A stretch of DNA of 64,000 bases from an uncultured Candidatus Sumerlaeota bacterium (GTDB lineage Bacteria > Sumerlaeota > Sumerlaeia > MVZB01 > JAJFLK01): contig CAYXAU010000007.1 in NCBI GenBank assembly GCA_964463045.1, positions 39,916 to 103,915 on the forward strand. Direction: 5' to 3'. The position numbers were made by a program, and so were the translations under genes. Shown piece by piece: positions 1-10,933 of this stretch; position 1 is the first letter of the stretch, and each line of letters opens with the position of its first letter. The notes beneath the pieces were generated by a model, which worked only from the letters and a program-made list of their open reading frames with translations, ran no database searches and was not told where the DNA came from.

Positions 1-1
1 G

Positions 2-1918
2 CTGATCGGCGAGAGTGGGCATCTCCTGCTGCGGGCCTTCGGCGCGCGCCCGCGGGCGGCGCTTATCGGGGCGTTCTTCCTGACGTGGGCCGGAAATCCG
101 CAGGCGTTTCTCACGGCGCTGGATCAATACGACTACCACGTGGGCCGGTCCCTGGAGCCGCTCGAACGCCGCGGCTTCCTTTTCGCGCCGGCCTACCTGC
201 GGGGGCTCCGCGAGAAGGAATGGCGCTTCGTCGATTATCCGTTCTGGAATCCGTCGCGCGTTCTCAGTCAACCCCGAGCGTCCGGCCAGACTATCCCCGG
301 CACGATCACGGAGTTCACCGCCTGGTCGGCCATCCTGGGGGACTTCCACGCTCACCATCTGGCGCTTCCGTGGACCATCGGTTTGGTGGCCCTGCTTCTG
401 GGAGGCGATCGATGGTTTTTCCTCGATCGGCGGCGTCGCGGCCGTGGGTTCTCGGCGGGGGGGGAAAGAAATCGTGAGAAAGGGCCCCCTCCCGGGGAGG
501 GTGCGAGATCGAAGGCTGCCTTCGGCGACGGACAGTCCGCCCCCGGGCTGCGATTCCTCCTCTGGGCGGGGCTGGGGATGGTCTTGGCGGGAGCGGCCAC
601 GCTGGCCAATCTCTGGATCGGTCCGCTTATCGCCCTTACGCCGGCCCTGGCCGTTCTCGGCCGGCGAGGGCTCGGATGGCGCGGTTGGTCGGCTCGCCTC
701 GCCTTCTGGCTGATCTTGGGGGCGGCGCTGGGGGCGGGGGCCTATCTGATCCGCCAACCGGCTTCGGGCTTGAGGAGAACGCCACCGCGCGAGTCGTCGG
801 CTTCGCAGAAGGGGGTCTGGGAGACGATTCGGTCGCGGGCCGAGGACGTGCCCATCAAACGCCTTCCGCCGATCAACCGTTCGTCGACGCGGGAATTGAT
901 TCGGATGTGGGGCTTTCATGCGGGGTTGCTCGGGCTCGCGATCGTCGTGGCTGCCGCCCGTCGTCGGCCCACGATCCCTCAAGCCCTCCTGCTGGGCGGG
1001 GCGATCGGGATCGCCGCCGCGCAATGGCGCCTGCTGACCGAGGAGCCGGGCCTCTTGTGGGTTGCGCTCGCCACGGCGACGCTCGCGCTGGCGGGGGGTC
1101 GCCGCCCCTGGTTCCGCCGCGAGGCGATGATCGCGACGGCCGGAGCCTGCCTGCTGCTGGGGGGACTGGAGATGCTCTACATTCAGGACACGATGGGGAG
1201 CGGTTGGCTCGCGCGGTATAACAGTTACTTCAAACTAAGTTATCCGGCCTGGCCGGTTCTGGGGGCGGGGGCATGGATCGGCGTGGTTCGAGTCTGGCAA
1301 CTTCGGGCGCCGATGCCGGTCCGCGCCGGCTTGCGGACGTTCCTCATCCTGATGATCCCGCCGGCCATGGCGATGGCCTTGTTCGGGATTCCAGCGCGTC
1401 TGCTGCAGGCGCGCATCGGCGACAAGTCGCCCCGGGGGCCGACGCTTCACGCCGGCGCCTGGCTCAGCAATCGACCCGGTTACGAGGCCGAGTCGGCCCT
1501 GCTCCAATGGATCCGCGACAACGTCCCGCCGCGCGAGCGCGTGGCCGAGGCCGCCCTCCCCGCCGCCTACGGCTACATGGGGCGGGTGGCGAGCCTCGCG
1601 GGACGGCCCGTTCTGCTCGGCTGGAGCCATCATGAAACCCAGTGGCGGGGGGCGGCCGCCGGGCGCCCCATCGAGGAGGCAGTCCGGCGGACGAGGGCGA
1701 TTTACGAGGCGCCGACGGCCGACGCCCTGCGCCAAGCGGCCCGCGAGGCCGGCCTGCGATGGATCGTTCTCGGCAAAACGGAGATCGAGCATTACGGACG
1801 GGAACGGGCCGCCGAAATTTATCAAACGCTTCGCCAGGCGGCCGTTGCTCGCGCCTGGTATCCCCCGGAGCGGCCCGAGGCGTTCATTTTCGAAATCCCG
1901 CGGGCCGAAGGGGAGTAA
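2..1918 (+). CDS. Polytopic integral membrane protein with C-terminal soluble domain (GT-C-like / putative glycosyltransferase). It is 5'-truncated by the window edge.
   Basis: The frame is open from nt 2 with no stop before the listed GTG at 140. There are many hydrophobic helices. The C-terminal ~130 aa are a hydrophilic domain (GWSHHETQWRG...). No specific family is recognised. Confidence 0.5.
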   Translation: MIGESGHLLLRAFGARPRAALIGAFFLTWAGNPQAFLTALDQYDYHVGRSLEPLERRGFLFAPAYLRGLREKEWRFVDYPFWNPSRVLSQPRASGQTIPGTITEFTAWSAILGDFHAHHLALPWTIGLVALLLGGDRWFFLDRRRRGRGFSAGGERNREKGPPPGEGARSKAAFGDGQSAPGLRFLLWAGLGMVLAGAATLANLWIGPLIALTPALAVLGRRGLGWRGWSARLAFWLILGAALGAGAYLIRQPASGLRRTPPRESSASQKGVWETIRSRAEDVPIKRLPPINRSSTRELIRMWGFHAGLLGLAIVVAAARRRPTIPQALLLGGAIGIAAAQWRLLTEEPGLLWVALATATLALAGGRRPWFRREAMIATAGACLLLGGLEMLYIQDTMGSGWLARYNSYFKLSYPAWPVLGAGAWIGVVRVWQLRAPMPVRAGLRTFLILMIPPAMAMALFGIPARLLQARIGDKSPRGPTLHAGAWLSNRPGYEAESALLQWIRDNVPPRERVAEAALPAAYGYMGRVASLAGRPVLLGWSHHETQWRGAAAGRPIEEAVRRTRAIYEAPTADALRQAAREAGLRWIVLGKTEIEHYGRERAAEIYQTLRQAAVARAWYPPERPEAFIFEIPRAEGE

Positions 1919-2019
1919 GCGTGGCCCGAGGGCCCGGCCCCACGCGCCGTGTTGGCGCTTGCGCGCCCGACGGGAGCGGCCAATAATGCTCGGCGACCGT
2001 TGAGACGCTTGGCCATCCG

Positions 2020-2460
2020 ATGACGCGACGGCCCCGCACTTCCACGCCGCACAGCCCCCTGGCCGGTCAATTCTTCTCCGCTCAGGCCCCGTTGTTCTCG
2101 CTCAGCGCGGGTCTCTGGAACCCGCCGACGGACATTTTCGAGTGCCAGGAGGCCGCCGTGATCCGGATGGAAGTGCCGGGCGTGCTGCCGGCAGATCTGG
2201 AGATCATGGCCCGGGGGCGGCGTCTCATCGTGCGGGGTCACCGTTCGGAGCCGCGCGCCGCCGAGATTCTCTGCTACCACTTGACCGAGGTGCGCTACGG
2301 CCGATTCGTGCGCGTCTTTGAGTTTCCCTTCGCCCTCGACCAGCGGGAGATCGAGGCGACGTTCGAGGCGGGATTCTTGGTTATCCGCGTCCCGAAGCAA
2401 CGCCCGGCCCCCAGCAGCATCACAATCACGTTATTAAGCGAGGAAGACTCGGGGCTCTGA
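2020..2460 (+). CDS. Hsp20/alpha-crystallin family small heat-shock protein
   Basis: Alpha-crystallin domain pattern (DIFE...AVIRMEVPGV...DLEI...L.VRG...RYGRF.R.F.FP...D...I.A.F..G.L.I..PK). The size is 146 aa. Its stop overlaps the lon start (TGATG). Confidence 0.85.
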   Translation: MTRRPRTSTPHSPLAGQFFSAQAPLFSLSAGLWNPPTDIFECQEAAVIRMEVPGVLPADLEIMARGRRLIVRGHRSEPRAAEILCYHLTEVRYGRFVRVFEFPFALDQREIEATFEAGFLVIRVPKQRPAPSSITITLLSEEDSGL

Positions 2461-4967
2461 TGCCCGGCTCAGGCACCAGTCCGGCCGAGGCGATGGGCGC
2501 GCTGGAGGGCGGCGAAGCCGTCGGCGCCCCCGAGCCCGGATCGAGCTGGGTCCAGGATGTGCGGGTCCCGGAGGACCTGCCGATCCTCCCCAACGAGAAC
2601 TACGTTCTCTACCCTTCGATGATCGCGCCGTTGGTGGTCGAGGAGGAGGCCCAGATCGCCGTCATTGACGAGGTGATGAAAGGCGACCGGATCATCGGTC
2701 TCTTCGCCGTTCGGCCGGCCGAGCCGGCCCCGGAGAGCCCCGCCGAAAGTGCGCTCTACGACGTCGGCACGGCGGCCATCATCCTCAAGATGCTCAAGAT
2801 GCCCGACGGGACCGTTCGGCTGCTGATCCACGGGTTACGGCGCGTGCGGATCGTCGAGCGGGTGTCGACGCATCCGGTCCTGCGCGCGCGCATCGAGCCG
2901 CTCCTGAGCGTGGCCTTGGAGGACAATGAGACGAAGGCCATGATGCGAACGACGCAACAGCTTCTACGGCAATTCGTCCAGGAAAGCGGTCAGCCGGAGG
3001 ACGTGGTGATCGCGGCCACGAACCTGGCTCATCCGGGCAAACTCGCCGATCTGATCGCCTCCAATCTCTCGATCCCGCTGGAGGAACACCAGGCGTTGCT
3101 GGAGCTGGCCGACCCCAAACAACGTCTCCTTAAAATCGAAGAAATCCTGACGCGCGAGCTGGAGATCGCCCGTCTGGGGTCCCGCATTCAGGATCAGATC
3201 AAATCGCGGATGGACAAGTCCCAACGGGAGTTCTATCTCCGCGAGCAGATGAAGGCGATCCGCCGTGAGCTGGGCGAGGAGGAAGAAGGGCTCTCCGAAA
3301 TCGACGAGCTTCGGGGGCGGATCAAGAGCGCCCGCATGCCCGCCGAAATCCGCAAAGTCGCCGAGAAGGAACTGGCCCGATTGGCCAGCATCCCGATGGC
3401 CAGCCCCGAACACACCGTCGCTCGCAGTTACCTGGGCTGGCTCCTCGCCCTCCCCTGGGCCAAACGGACGCGGGAGACCCTCGACATGGAGCGCGCCCGG
3501 CGCATTCTGGACGAGGACCACTATAACCTGGAAAAGGTCAAGGAGCGGATTCTGGAATATCTGGCCGTCGTCAAGCTGCGGCGGAGCCTGAAGGGGCCCA
3601 TCCTTTGCCTGGTCGGAGCGCCGGGGACGGGCAAGACGTCCTTGGGACGTTCGATCGCGCGGGCCATGGGCCGACGATTCGCCCGTATTTCGCTGGGCGG
3701 GATGCGCGACGAGGCCGAAATCCGGGGCCACCGCCGGACCTATATCGGCTCGATGCCGGGGCGGATCATCAAAGCGATCAAGGATTGCGGGACGGTCAAT
3801 CCGGTCCTGATGCTGGATGAGATCGACAAGCTGGGGGCGGACTTTCGAGGCGACCCGGCCTCGGCCCTCCTGGAGGTCCTCGACCCCGAACAGAATCGGA
3901 ACTTTACCGATCACTACCTCGACGTCCCCTATGATCTCTCCCAGGTGATGTTCATCACCACGGCCAACGTGCTGGACACGATCCCCGGCCCGCTGCTGGA
4001 TCGGATGGAAGTCCTGCGCCTCAGCGGCTACACCCTGCAGGAGAAACTCAAGATCGCGCGGGCTTTTCTCATCCCGCGGGCCGTCGAAGGGACCGGTCTC
4101 AAACCGGGCGATCTCGAGTTCACCGAGGAGGCGTTGGAGCGGATCATCGAGGGCTACACGCGCGAGGCGGGCCTGAGGAACCTGGAGCGGGAAATCGCCA
4201 ACATCTGCCGGAAGGCCGCCCGGCGGGCGGCGACGGGCGATCGCTCGAAGACGCGCGTCGACGCCGCCCACGTCGAGGCGGCGCTCGGCCCCCGGCGCTT
4301 CATGCCCGAGGACGCCGGCCGGGCCGCCGTCCCCGGCGTGGCCATCGGCCTGGCCTGGACGCCCGCCGGCGGCGAACTCCTCTTCATCGAGGCGACCTCC
4401 ACGCCCGGCGACGGGCGGCTCATCTTGACGGGTCAGTTGGGCGACATCATGAAGGAATCGGCCCAGGCGGCGATGACCTGCCTTCTGGCGCAGCGTCGCG
4501 CGCTCGGGATCGATCCGGCGCGCCTGAAAGGCCGCAATTTCCATATCCACGTCCCCGCCGGCGCCACACCCAAGGATGGACCCTCGGCCGGGGTGGCGAT
4601 CCTCATGGCGCTGGCCTCGCTGGCCCGCGAGCAGCCGATCCGGGCCCAAACCGCCATGACCGGCGAGATCACGCTCAAGGGGTCGATCCTCGCCGTCGGT
4701 GGGATCAAAGAGAAGGTGCTCGCGGCCCACAGGAGCGGGATACGACGGATCATCCTGCCGAAACTCAACGAGCGGGACCTGAGCGACGTGCCGGATGAGA
4801 TCCGACAGAGCCTCCATTTCCACCTGGTCGACCGTGCCGAGGAAGCCTTCGCCGTTTCCTTCCCGGACGCGCGCCCCCAACGCCCTCCAGCTCGCCCTCA
4901 ACGTCGCCCGCGCGCCCGAGGCTCCGAGCGGCGTCGGCGGCTCCCGCCAGCCCGGGTCAAGGATTAG
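2460..4967 (+). CDS. lon: ATP-dependent Lon protease (La)
   Basis: Lon N-terminal substrate-binding domain ([13 protein letters not shown]), AAA+ Walker A (GAPGTGKTS) and C-terminal S16 protease domain with PKDGPSAG Ser-Lys dyad motif. It has a basic Arg/Pro-rich C-terminal tail. Confidence 0.95.
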   Translation: MPGSGTSPAEAMGALEGGEAVGAPEPGSSWVQDVRVPEDLPILPNENYVLYPSMIAPLVVEEEAQIAVIDEVMKGDRIIGLFAVRPAEPAPESPAESALYDVGTAAIILKMLKMPDGTVRLLIHGLRRVRIVERVSTHPVLRARIEPLLSVALEDNETKAMMRTTQQLLRQFVQESGQPEDVVIAATNLAHPGKLADLIASNLSIPLEEHQALLELADPKQRLLKIEEILTRELEIARLGSRIQDQIKSRMDKSQREFYLREQMKAIRRELGEEEEGLSEIDELRGRIKSARMPAEIRKVAEKELARLASIPMASPEHTVARSYLGWLLALPWAKRTRETLDMERARRILDEDHYNLEKVKERILEYLAVVKLRRSLKGPILCLVGAPGTGKTSLGRSIARAMGRRFARISLGGMRDEAEIRGHRRTYIGSMPGRIIKAIKDCGTVNPVLMLDEIDKLGADFRGDPASALLEVLDPEQNRNFTDHYLDVPYDLSQVMFITTANVLDTIPGPLLDRMEVLRLSGYTLQEKLKIARAFLIPRAVEGTGLKPGDLEFTEEALERIIEGYTREAGLRNLEREIANICRKAARRAATGDRSKTRVDAAHVEAALGPRRFMPEDAGRAAVPGVAIGLAWTPAGGELLFIEATSTPGDGRLILTGQLGDIMKESAQAAMTCLLAQRRALGIDPARLKGRNFHIHVPAGATPKDGPSAGVAILMALASLAREQPIRAQTAMTGEITLKGSILAVGGIKEKVLAAHRSGIRRIILPKLNERDLSDVPDEIRQSLHFHLVDRAEEAFAVSFPDARPQRPPARPQRRPRARGSERRRRLPPARVKD

Positions 4968-4988
4968 GCCGCCCGGAGGTTGCCCCCG

Positions 4989-6008
4989 ATGGATGCCCGT
5001 TTGACCGCCGGCCTGAGCCCGCCTGCCGCGGCCTCCGTCCAGGCTCCGGCGCTCCTGCGAGTCAAAGAGCTGGTTAAGCACTTTCGCCTGCGTGGGGGGC
5101 TGCTGGGGGGCCGGGCGGCCGTCGTTCGCGCCGTCGATGGAGTCTCCCTTGAGGTGGCCGAGGGAGAGACGCTGGGTCTGGTCGGAGAAAGCGGCTGCGG
5201 CAAGACGACGCTGGGGCGGACGATCATCCGCCTGATCGAGCCGACGGGCGGCGAAGTGTATTTGGAGGACTCCCCCAACCTGCTCAGGCTCACCTCACGA
5301 CAGATGCTTCCCTATCGACGCAAGCTTCAGATGATCTTTCAAGACCCCTACAGTTCGCTGAACCCGCGGATGACGATCGGGGGGACGCTGGCCGAGCCGC
5401 TTAAGATTCACGGACTGGCGCGGGGCCGTCGTCTGGAGCGCGTGGCCGAATTGCTGGAGTGCGTCGGGTTGCCGTCGGACGCGGCCGGGCGATATCCGCA
5501 CGAGTTCAGCGGCGGGCAACGCCAGCGCGTCGGCATCGCCCGGGCCCTCGCCGTCGAGCCGCGTCTGATCATCGCCGATGAGCCGGTCTCGGCGCTCGAC
5601 GTCTCCATCCAGGCTCAGATCATCAACCTCTTGCAGGAGCTTCAGGAAAAGTTCGGGCTGGCGTTCCTGTTCATCGCGCACGATTTGAGCGTCGTCGGCC
5701 ACATGAGTCACCGCGTGGCGGTCATGTATCTGGGGAAGATCGTTGAGCAAGGCCCGAAAGGCGCGATTTTCGGGGCCCCCTTGCATCCTTACACCGAGGC
5801 CCTCCTCAAATCGGTCCCCAAAATGGACCCCGATTCGGGTCGGAAGAAAATCGTCCTCGAAGGCGACGTCCCCAGCCCGATCAATCCCCCGCCCGGCTGT
5901 CCCTTCCATCCTCGCTGTCCGAAAGCCCTGCCCGCCTGCGCGACGACGGTCCCGCGGTTTCTGGAACATCGGCCCGGTCATTGGGCCGCCTGTCTGCTGT
6001 ACGAATGA
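4989..6008 (+). CDS. ABC transporter ATP-binding protein, oligopeptide/dipeptide OppF/DppF type
   Basis: Walker [13 protein letters not shown] signature LSGGQRQRV, Walker B IIADEP, and the oligopeptide-transporter C-terminal extension ([17 protein letters not shown]). The ORF track starts at TTG 4980. ATG 4989 with GGAGG upstream is preferred. Confidence 0.85.
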   Translation: MDARLTAGLSPPAAASVQAPALLRVKELVKHFRLRGGLLGGRAAVVRAVDGVSLEVAEGETLGLVGESGCGKTTLGRTIIRLIEPTGGEVYLEDSPNLLRLTSRQMLPYRRKLQMIFQDPYSSLNPRMTIGGTLAEPLKIHGLARGRRLERVAELLECVGLPSDAAGRYPHEFSGGQRQRVGIARALAVEPRLIIADEPVSALDVSIQAQIINLLQELQEKFGLAFLFIAHDLSVVGHMSHRVAVMYLGKIVEQGPKGAIFGAPLHPYTEALLKSVPKMDPDSGRKKIVLEGDVPSPINPPPGCPFHPRCPKALPACATTVPRFLEHRPGHWAACLLYE

Positions 6009-6028
6009 AGCGCGCCCGCGCGGCGGCC

Positions 6029-7939
6029 TCAGGCGGGAGCGGCCGCACGGGCCGATCCCGGCGAGGGGGGCAGCAGAACGGTGAAGATCGAACCTTGGCC
6101 GGGGGCGCTCCGGACCGCGATGCGCCCGCCATGGGCCTCGACGGCCAGCTTGCAGAAGGCAAGCCCCAGGCCGGTGTCAGTCTTGGCGCCGGTGGCGCTC
6201 AACTCGGCCTGGCCAAATTTTTCGAAGATCTTCTTGTGAAACTCGGGCGGGATGCCGTGGCCGTCATCGGCCACCTCGAGCGCGATCTCGCCTTCGGGCG
6301 TCCGGCGGGCGCGCACGGCGATCCGGCCGTCCGGCCGCGTATGCTTGATGGCGTTGCTCACCAGGTTGGTCAGGACGCGCTCCATGAGCCCCACGTCGAC
6401 GTTGATCCGGGCCTCCCCGAGGTCCGGGGCCACGTCCACGACGAGGCTCCGCCCGCCGGCGGCCAGCCCGAGATTCTCGACGACGACCGTCAGCAAGGGG
6501 CCGATCGAGGCGTCATTGCGTTCGAGTTCCAACACCCCGGCTTCGAGCCGCTCGATGTCCAGCAGATTCATGATGATCCACTGCATCCGGTTCGCGTTGC
6601 GTTCGATGAGTTCGGCCGTCTGGCGGGCCCGGGGGTTACCCTCGCCCACGAGCCCGCGCAACATATAGGCCCCGCCCTGAATCGCCATCAGGGGGCTTTT
6701 CAGGTCGTGGACGATCATGTGGGTGAGATCGTTCTTGAGTTTCTCGTTGGCGAGCTGGCGCGTCACGTCGGTGAAGATCCAGAGCCGGCCGATGGCGTCG
6801 CCCGCCGGATCGTAGACCGGACCGACCCGATACCGGATGAGCCGGGGGGGGTCGATGCGTTCGAACTGACCGACTTGCTCGCCCTGAAGATCGGCGTAGG
6901 CTTCTCGGACGGCCCGCAGAAACCCCTCGGGGTCCCGGAAGTTGTGTTTGACCTTCTCCCGGAAGGCCTGCATGTCCCCCCCCTGGATTTCTTCCGGCGG
7001 CGGATAACCGAGCAGATCACAGGCGTGCCGATTGATGCGCTGGATGACGCCGCCGGCGTCGGCGAAGATCAGGCCGACCGGCGAGGATTCGAAGATGGCG
7101 TCCATCGTGGCGCGTCGGGCGGCCAGTTGCCGCTCGAGCCTTTTGGTCTCGGTCACGTCCTGGAAAGTCGCCTGAAAGCCTTGCGGTCGCCCGTCCACGT
7201 CCCGCACGAAGCTGACCGAAGCCCAGAGCGCCAAATCCCCCTTATACGGGCAGAAGGCGCGGATTTCGCGGCCCTCGACCTGGCCGGCTGATTCCAGCTC
7301 GCTCAGGAGGCCTTCGATGTCGGCTTCCGAAACGCCGACCGACCGGAGCCAGGCCGGCAGCGGCTGGCCGATCGTCCGGGCTTCATCCAGCGGCAGACAG
7401 ACGCTGGCCACGTGGTTGACCTCCCGGATCGTCAAATCCGGCGTCCCCATCATGGCCGGGAACGGCAGGTTGCCGAAGAATTGATGATGAAGCTGGGTGG
7501 CCTCCTCGGCCCGGCGTCGCCAATAACTCTCCAGGGCCGCCGTGAATTCGTCGAAGAGCGCCCGCTCGTAAGCGTCGATCATCCCGAAGGCTCGGGCAAG
7601 CTGCTCCGGCTCGCCGCCAAGCTGCTCGACTAACTCCAGCTTCCGGCGCGCCGAGGTCGCGTAAAGGACGCGGGCGTAGGCGTCCAGTCGGATCCCCCCT
7701 TCGGCCGTCCTTCGGCAGATCTCCCGCAGGCGCGGCTGGACGGCCTCGAGGGAACCCGCCTCGGCGTAGGCGTCGAACAGATCGACGTATTCGCCGAGCA
7801 GACTCTCCATCCACGCGCGCCCCTCGGGGTCCATCGCCGGGGCAACTTCGAGGACCTTTTCCATCATCTGGGTCACGCGCGCGCTGCGATCCTTTTCCTT
7901 GAGGCGCTCGACCGGCAGTGAAAACGTCGTCGGAGCCAT
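6029..7939 (-). CDS. Cytoplasmic sensor histidine kinase with tandem PAS domains (orphan, no adjacent response regulator)
   Basis: HisKA H-box (HDLKSPL), HATPase_c N/G boxes (NLVSNAIKHT, DDGHGIP, GTGLGL), and two PAS-like segments upstream. No transmembrane helices are seen. Confidence 0.85.
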   Translation of the reverse strand: MAPTTFSLPVERLKEKDRSARVTQMMEKVLEVAPAMDPEGRAWMESLLGEYVDLFDAYAEAGSLEAVQPRLREICRRTAEGGIRLDAYARVLYATSARRKLELVEQLGGEPEQLARAFGMIDAYERALFDEFTAALESYWRRRAEEATQLHHQFFGNLPFPAMMGTPDLTIREVNHVASVCLPLDEARTIGQPLPAWLRSVGVSEADIEGLLSELESAGQVEGREIRAFCPYKGDLALWASVSFVRDVDGRPQGFQATFQDVTETKRLERQLAARRATMDAIFESSPVGLIFADAGGVIQRINRHACDLLGYPPPEEIQGGDMQAFREKVKHNFRDPEGFLRAVREAYADLQGEQVGQFERIDPPRLIRYRVGPVYDPAGDAIGRLWIFTDVTRQLANEKLKNDLTHMIVHDLKSPLMAIQGGAYMLRGLVGEGNPRARQTAELIERNANRMQWIIMNLLDIERLEAGVLELERNDASIGPLLTVVVENLGLAAGGRSLVVDVAPDLGEARINVDVGLMERVLTNLVSNAIKHTRPDGRIAVRARRTPEGEIALEVADDGHGIPPEFHKKIFEKFGQAELSATGAKTDTGLGLAFCKLAVEAHGGRIAVRSAPGQGSIFTVLLPPSPGSARAAAPA

Positions 7940-8197
7940 CGCCAGGCCCTCACGAAATCAGCTAAGGGGGCTCCTCGCCCGGGCAGCGCCCATGGGAGAT
8001 TACCAAGCCCCCCAACGACGGCGCAACCTCGCTCGTCATGGCCGACCGTTTCGATCGGATGAAGACGGGAGCATGGCCCGACGAGAGTCTCATCTCCGCC
8101 TCGCGCCCCAAGGGCGAGGGTTCCGAGACGCGAGCCGGGGCGTTAGAATCCCGCCGGTTCGCTCTGATCCCCTTAGCCGCCCTGTGGACGCTTCACT

Positions 8198-10933
8198 GTG
8201 ATCCATCGCCCACGATTGCAAGGCTTCATCGAACGAGCGTGGGTGCCGGTCGGTCTCGCGTTGATCGCCCTCGGTTTTCACCGGTGGCTGCCCAGCGGGC
8301 GCCTGCCCGTCAGCTCCGACATGACGATGATCTATGCCCCGTTCTACTCGCTGCGATGGGACCACGGCCCGCCGCTCTGGAATCCCCACGTCGCCGGCGG
8401 GACGCCGATGGACGGCAACTTCCAGTTCAGCCTCGCCTATCCGCTGCGCTGGCCGTTCTTTTTCCTCGATGACTGGCGGTCTTACTTCAGCCTCTTTCTC
8501 TTTCTCCACTATCTGATCGCCCTCTTCGGGGCCGTGGGGGCGCTGCGAGCGTGCGGCCTTCGGCGGGGTTCGGCGGCGCTCGGCGCCATCGTTTTCGCCT
8601 GCGGCGGCTACATGATCGGCCGGATCATCAATACTACGATCTTCCTGGCCAGTTGCTGGTTCCCATGGCTCATCTGGGGGGCGGTCGGTCGCGGCCGCGC
8701 CGCTGGGCCGATCTCGGCTCTGGCCATCGCCGCCATTATCTGGATCGGCTCCCCTCACCTGATGATCTACGGGACCGTCGGCTATGCGGTGGCGTGGGGT
8801 TTCGCCGGCGGCGCTTTCGTGGAGCCGAACGACCTCCCCGGCGAGAGCGGGCCGGCCCGCCGAACACCCTGGCGTCACGGGCTCTATTTCGCCCTCGGCG
8901 TCGCCGCCGGAGCCGTCGCGCTGATCCCGGGCCTGGCTCAGGTGAGGGAGTCCGTCCGGGTCGAGACTACGATTGAGAACAATCTGGCCGATTCCCTGAC
9001 CTGGGGGGAGCTTCCCTTTTCGCTGCTCGGCGGGGCCGGGGGGTTCATCACGCCGGAGATCAATGACAAATGCCTCTACGTCGGCGGCGCGGCCTGGACG
9101 CTCATCCTGCTCGCCGCCGCGCAGGGCCGCGCGTGGCGTGATCGCCGTTGGTGGCTGGGCGTGGCGTTAACGGCCGTCGGGCTCGGTCTGGCGTTGGGTC
9201 GCGCGGTCGGCTGGCAGTTCTTGATGCCGTACGTCCCGGCGCTGCGGTTGCTGGAGGGCCCTTCGCGAGCGCTCGTCATCTCAGCCTTTGGACTGGGGTT
9301 GATGACGGCGGTCGGTCTGGAGAGCCTCATGACGCTGCCAACGAGTCGGCGGCGCGTCGTTGGGGCGGGGCTCCTGCTGACGGGAGTGACGGCTCTTTCG
9401 GTGATCGCCGCCGCGCTCCGAACGGCCGGTCTTCTGGGGGATGCGCTGCGGGGATGGCTTCTGGTCCCGGGGTCGGTCTTCGGCTGGGTCCGGGGCCCGG
9501 TCGGCCTCGCGCTGCCGATTTTTCCGCTCCTCGACGGGGGGCTGACGTTGATCCCGGCGGTCGGGCTGGCGCTGGCGTGGCCGGGTTCGGGCCGAGGGCT
9601 TGGCCCGGCGCTGGCCGCTCTGGTCGTCCTGGAACTTCTCCACTTTGCGCCGCGCGTGGGCCCCCGGACGGTGTCTGGGGATTTCTTTGAACTGTCGGCG
9701 ACAACTCGCTGGTTGACTCTGCGCTCCGGAGAGGCTCCTTTCCGAATCGCCGGTTTCGATCCTCTGCAACATCATGACACCGAATGGGACGGGCTTCATA
9801 AGCTCAAATTCCTGACGCCCAACCTGGCTACCCTCCCTGGTCTCGAGGACGCTCGGGCCTTCGATCCGCTGACGAGCCGGGCCTACCGGGACCTGCTCGC
9901 CCGGACGGCGGGCCAAGCCCCGTTCAACGATCCCATCCGCAATTTCGATCTCGGCCGGCCCGATGAAGACCTGTTTCGCCTCCTCAACGTCCGATATCTG
10001 ATCGGGGACCCCTACAGCCGCCGGCTGACGCATTTTCCCCAGATCGTCGGGCCCGGCTCAGGGCTGGTTCGCGTTGAGGCCTGGGAGGCGGCCGCGGAGG
10101 AGCGAGCGGTGACGGCCTGGGCCATCGTGAGTTACGTTGACACCGATCGACCCTTGAGGCCTGGCGAAGAAGTCGCCCGATTGATCATCGAGGCCGAGGA
10201 GGGGGTTTTCCGCTTCCCTATCCGTTATGGGCGCGAGACGGCCCATCTTCTGGATTCCCCTGAACGCGCCGCCGAGCTGGGCGTCACGGCCGCGATGCGG
10301 TGGAGCCGGTTCGGCGGGCCGGCCGAACGGGGCTTCCGGCTGAGCCAGACCAATTACCGCGCCCGCATCGAATTTCCGCGACCGCTTCGAGTGCGCGCGG
10401 CGGCGTGGGAACCCGGCCGTCAGGGAGCCCACCTGGTCCTCGCCGCCCAGGCTTATTCGGTCGCGCCGTCCGAGGGTCCACCGGCGTGGCGTCGAGTGTT
10501 CGACGATCCGGTGGCCCCCATTTTCGAGTTCATGGAGGCCCGGCCGCGGGTCGCGCTTCTGCCTGGCCGCGAAGCGACGGGTTCACTCGATCTCACCGTC
10601 GCGGACTGGACCGAACTGCCGGGGATCAAGCGGGTCGGTTATACCTCGCCGGCTTGGCTGACGGTCGAAACGGAAAGCGAGGCCGGAGGTCTTCTCGTCG
10701 TGCGTTCGGCCTGGGCGCCGGGATGGCAGGCGCGGGTCAAGGGAAAGCCGGCGCCGGTGCGGCGCGTTGACGGCTTTCTTCAAGGGGTCGTCATCCCCGG
10801 CGGTGAAGTCCTCGTTGAGTTGCGTTACGCTCCCGGACGATTCAAGGCGGGCTGGGCGCTCAGTCTGCTGGCGCTTTTCGCTTTGGGGGCGCTCCAGATC
10901 GCCGAGGGCCGACGAAGGAAGGGCCGTTCATGA
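8198..10933 (+). CDS. Large polytopic membrane protein, YfhO-like/GT-C-fold family (putative glycosyltransferase)
   Basis: The N-terminal ~500 aa contain more than 10 predicted TM helices with a WPFFF motif region, followed by a ~400 aa soluble C-terminal domain. The 3' end overlaps the next gene start (ATGA). Confidence 0.6.
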   Translation: MIHRPRLQGFIERAWVPVGLALIALGFHRWLPSGRLPVSSDMTMIYAPFYSLRWDHGPPLWNPHVAGGTPMDGNFQFSLAYPLRWPFFFLDDWRSYFSLFLFLHYLIALFGAVGALRACGLRRGSAALGAIVFACGGYMIGRIINTTIFLASCWFPWLIWGAVGRGRAAGPISALAIAAIIWIGSPHLMIYGTVGYAVAWGFAGGAFVEPNDLPGESGPARRTPWRHGLYFALGVAAGAVALIPGLAQVRESVRVETTIENNLADSLTWGELPFSLLGGAGGFITPEINDKCLYVGGAAWTLILLAAAQGRAWRDRRWWLGVALTAVGLGLALGRAVGWQFLMPYVPALRLLEGPSRALVISAFGLGLMTAVGLESLMTLPTSRRRVVGAGLLLTGVTALSVIAAALRTAGLLGDALRGWLLVPGSVFGWVRGPVGLALPIFPLLDGGLTLIPAVGLALAWPGSGRGLGPALAALVVLELLHFAPRVGPRTVSGDFFELSATTRWLTLRSGEAPFRIAGFDPLQHHDTEWDGLHKLKFLTPNLATLPGLEDARAFDPLTSRAYRDLLARTAGQAPFNDPIRNFDLGRPDEDLFRLLNVRYLIGDPYSRRLTHFPQIVGPGSGLVRVEAWEAAAEERAVTAWAIVSYVDTDRPLRPGEEVARLIIEAEEGVFRFPIRYGRETAHLLDSPERAAELGVTAAMRWSRFGGPAERGFRLSQTNYRARIEFPRPLRVRAAAWEPGRQGAHLVLAAQAYSVAPSEGPPAWRRVFDDPVAPIFEFMEARPRVALLPGREATGSLDLTVADWTELPGIKRVGYTSPAWLTVETESEAGGLLVVRSAWAPGWQARVKGKPAPVRRVDGFLQGVVIPGGEVLVELRYAPGRFKAGWALSLLALFALGALQIAEGRRRKGRS

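Noticed and set aside
2964-5081. 705-aa antisense ORF overlapping lon and the ABC ATPase. Similar long antisense or shadow ORFs occur at 5981..7291, 14917..17355, 17407..18927, 20450..22237, 25997..28903, 28855..31488, 32855..34495, 35725..37557, 48687..49391, 56672..59002 and 61596..63800.
   Set aside because: Their translations are Arg/Gly/Pro-rich low-complexity strings typical of stop-codon-poor alternative frames in ~70% GC DNA. They fully overlap genes with strong family signatures.
7940-8197. Checked intergenic regions (7940-8197, 16504-16800, 20504-20854, 34571-35448, 46028-46336, 63795-64000) for tRNA/ncRNA.
   Set aside because: No cloverleaf-compatible GTTC-type T-arm plus acceptor pairing was seen by eye. 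This cannot be excluded without tRNAscan/Infernal.
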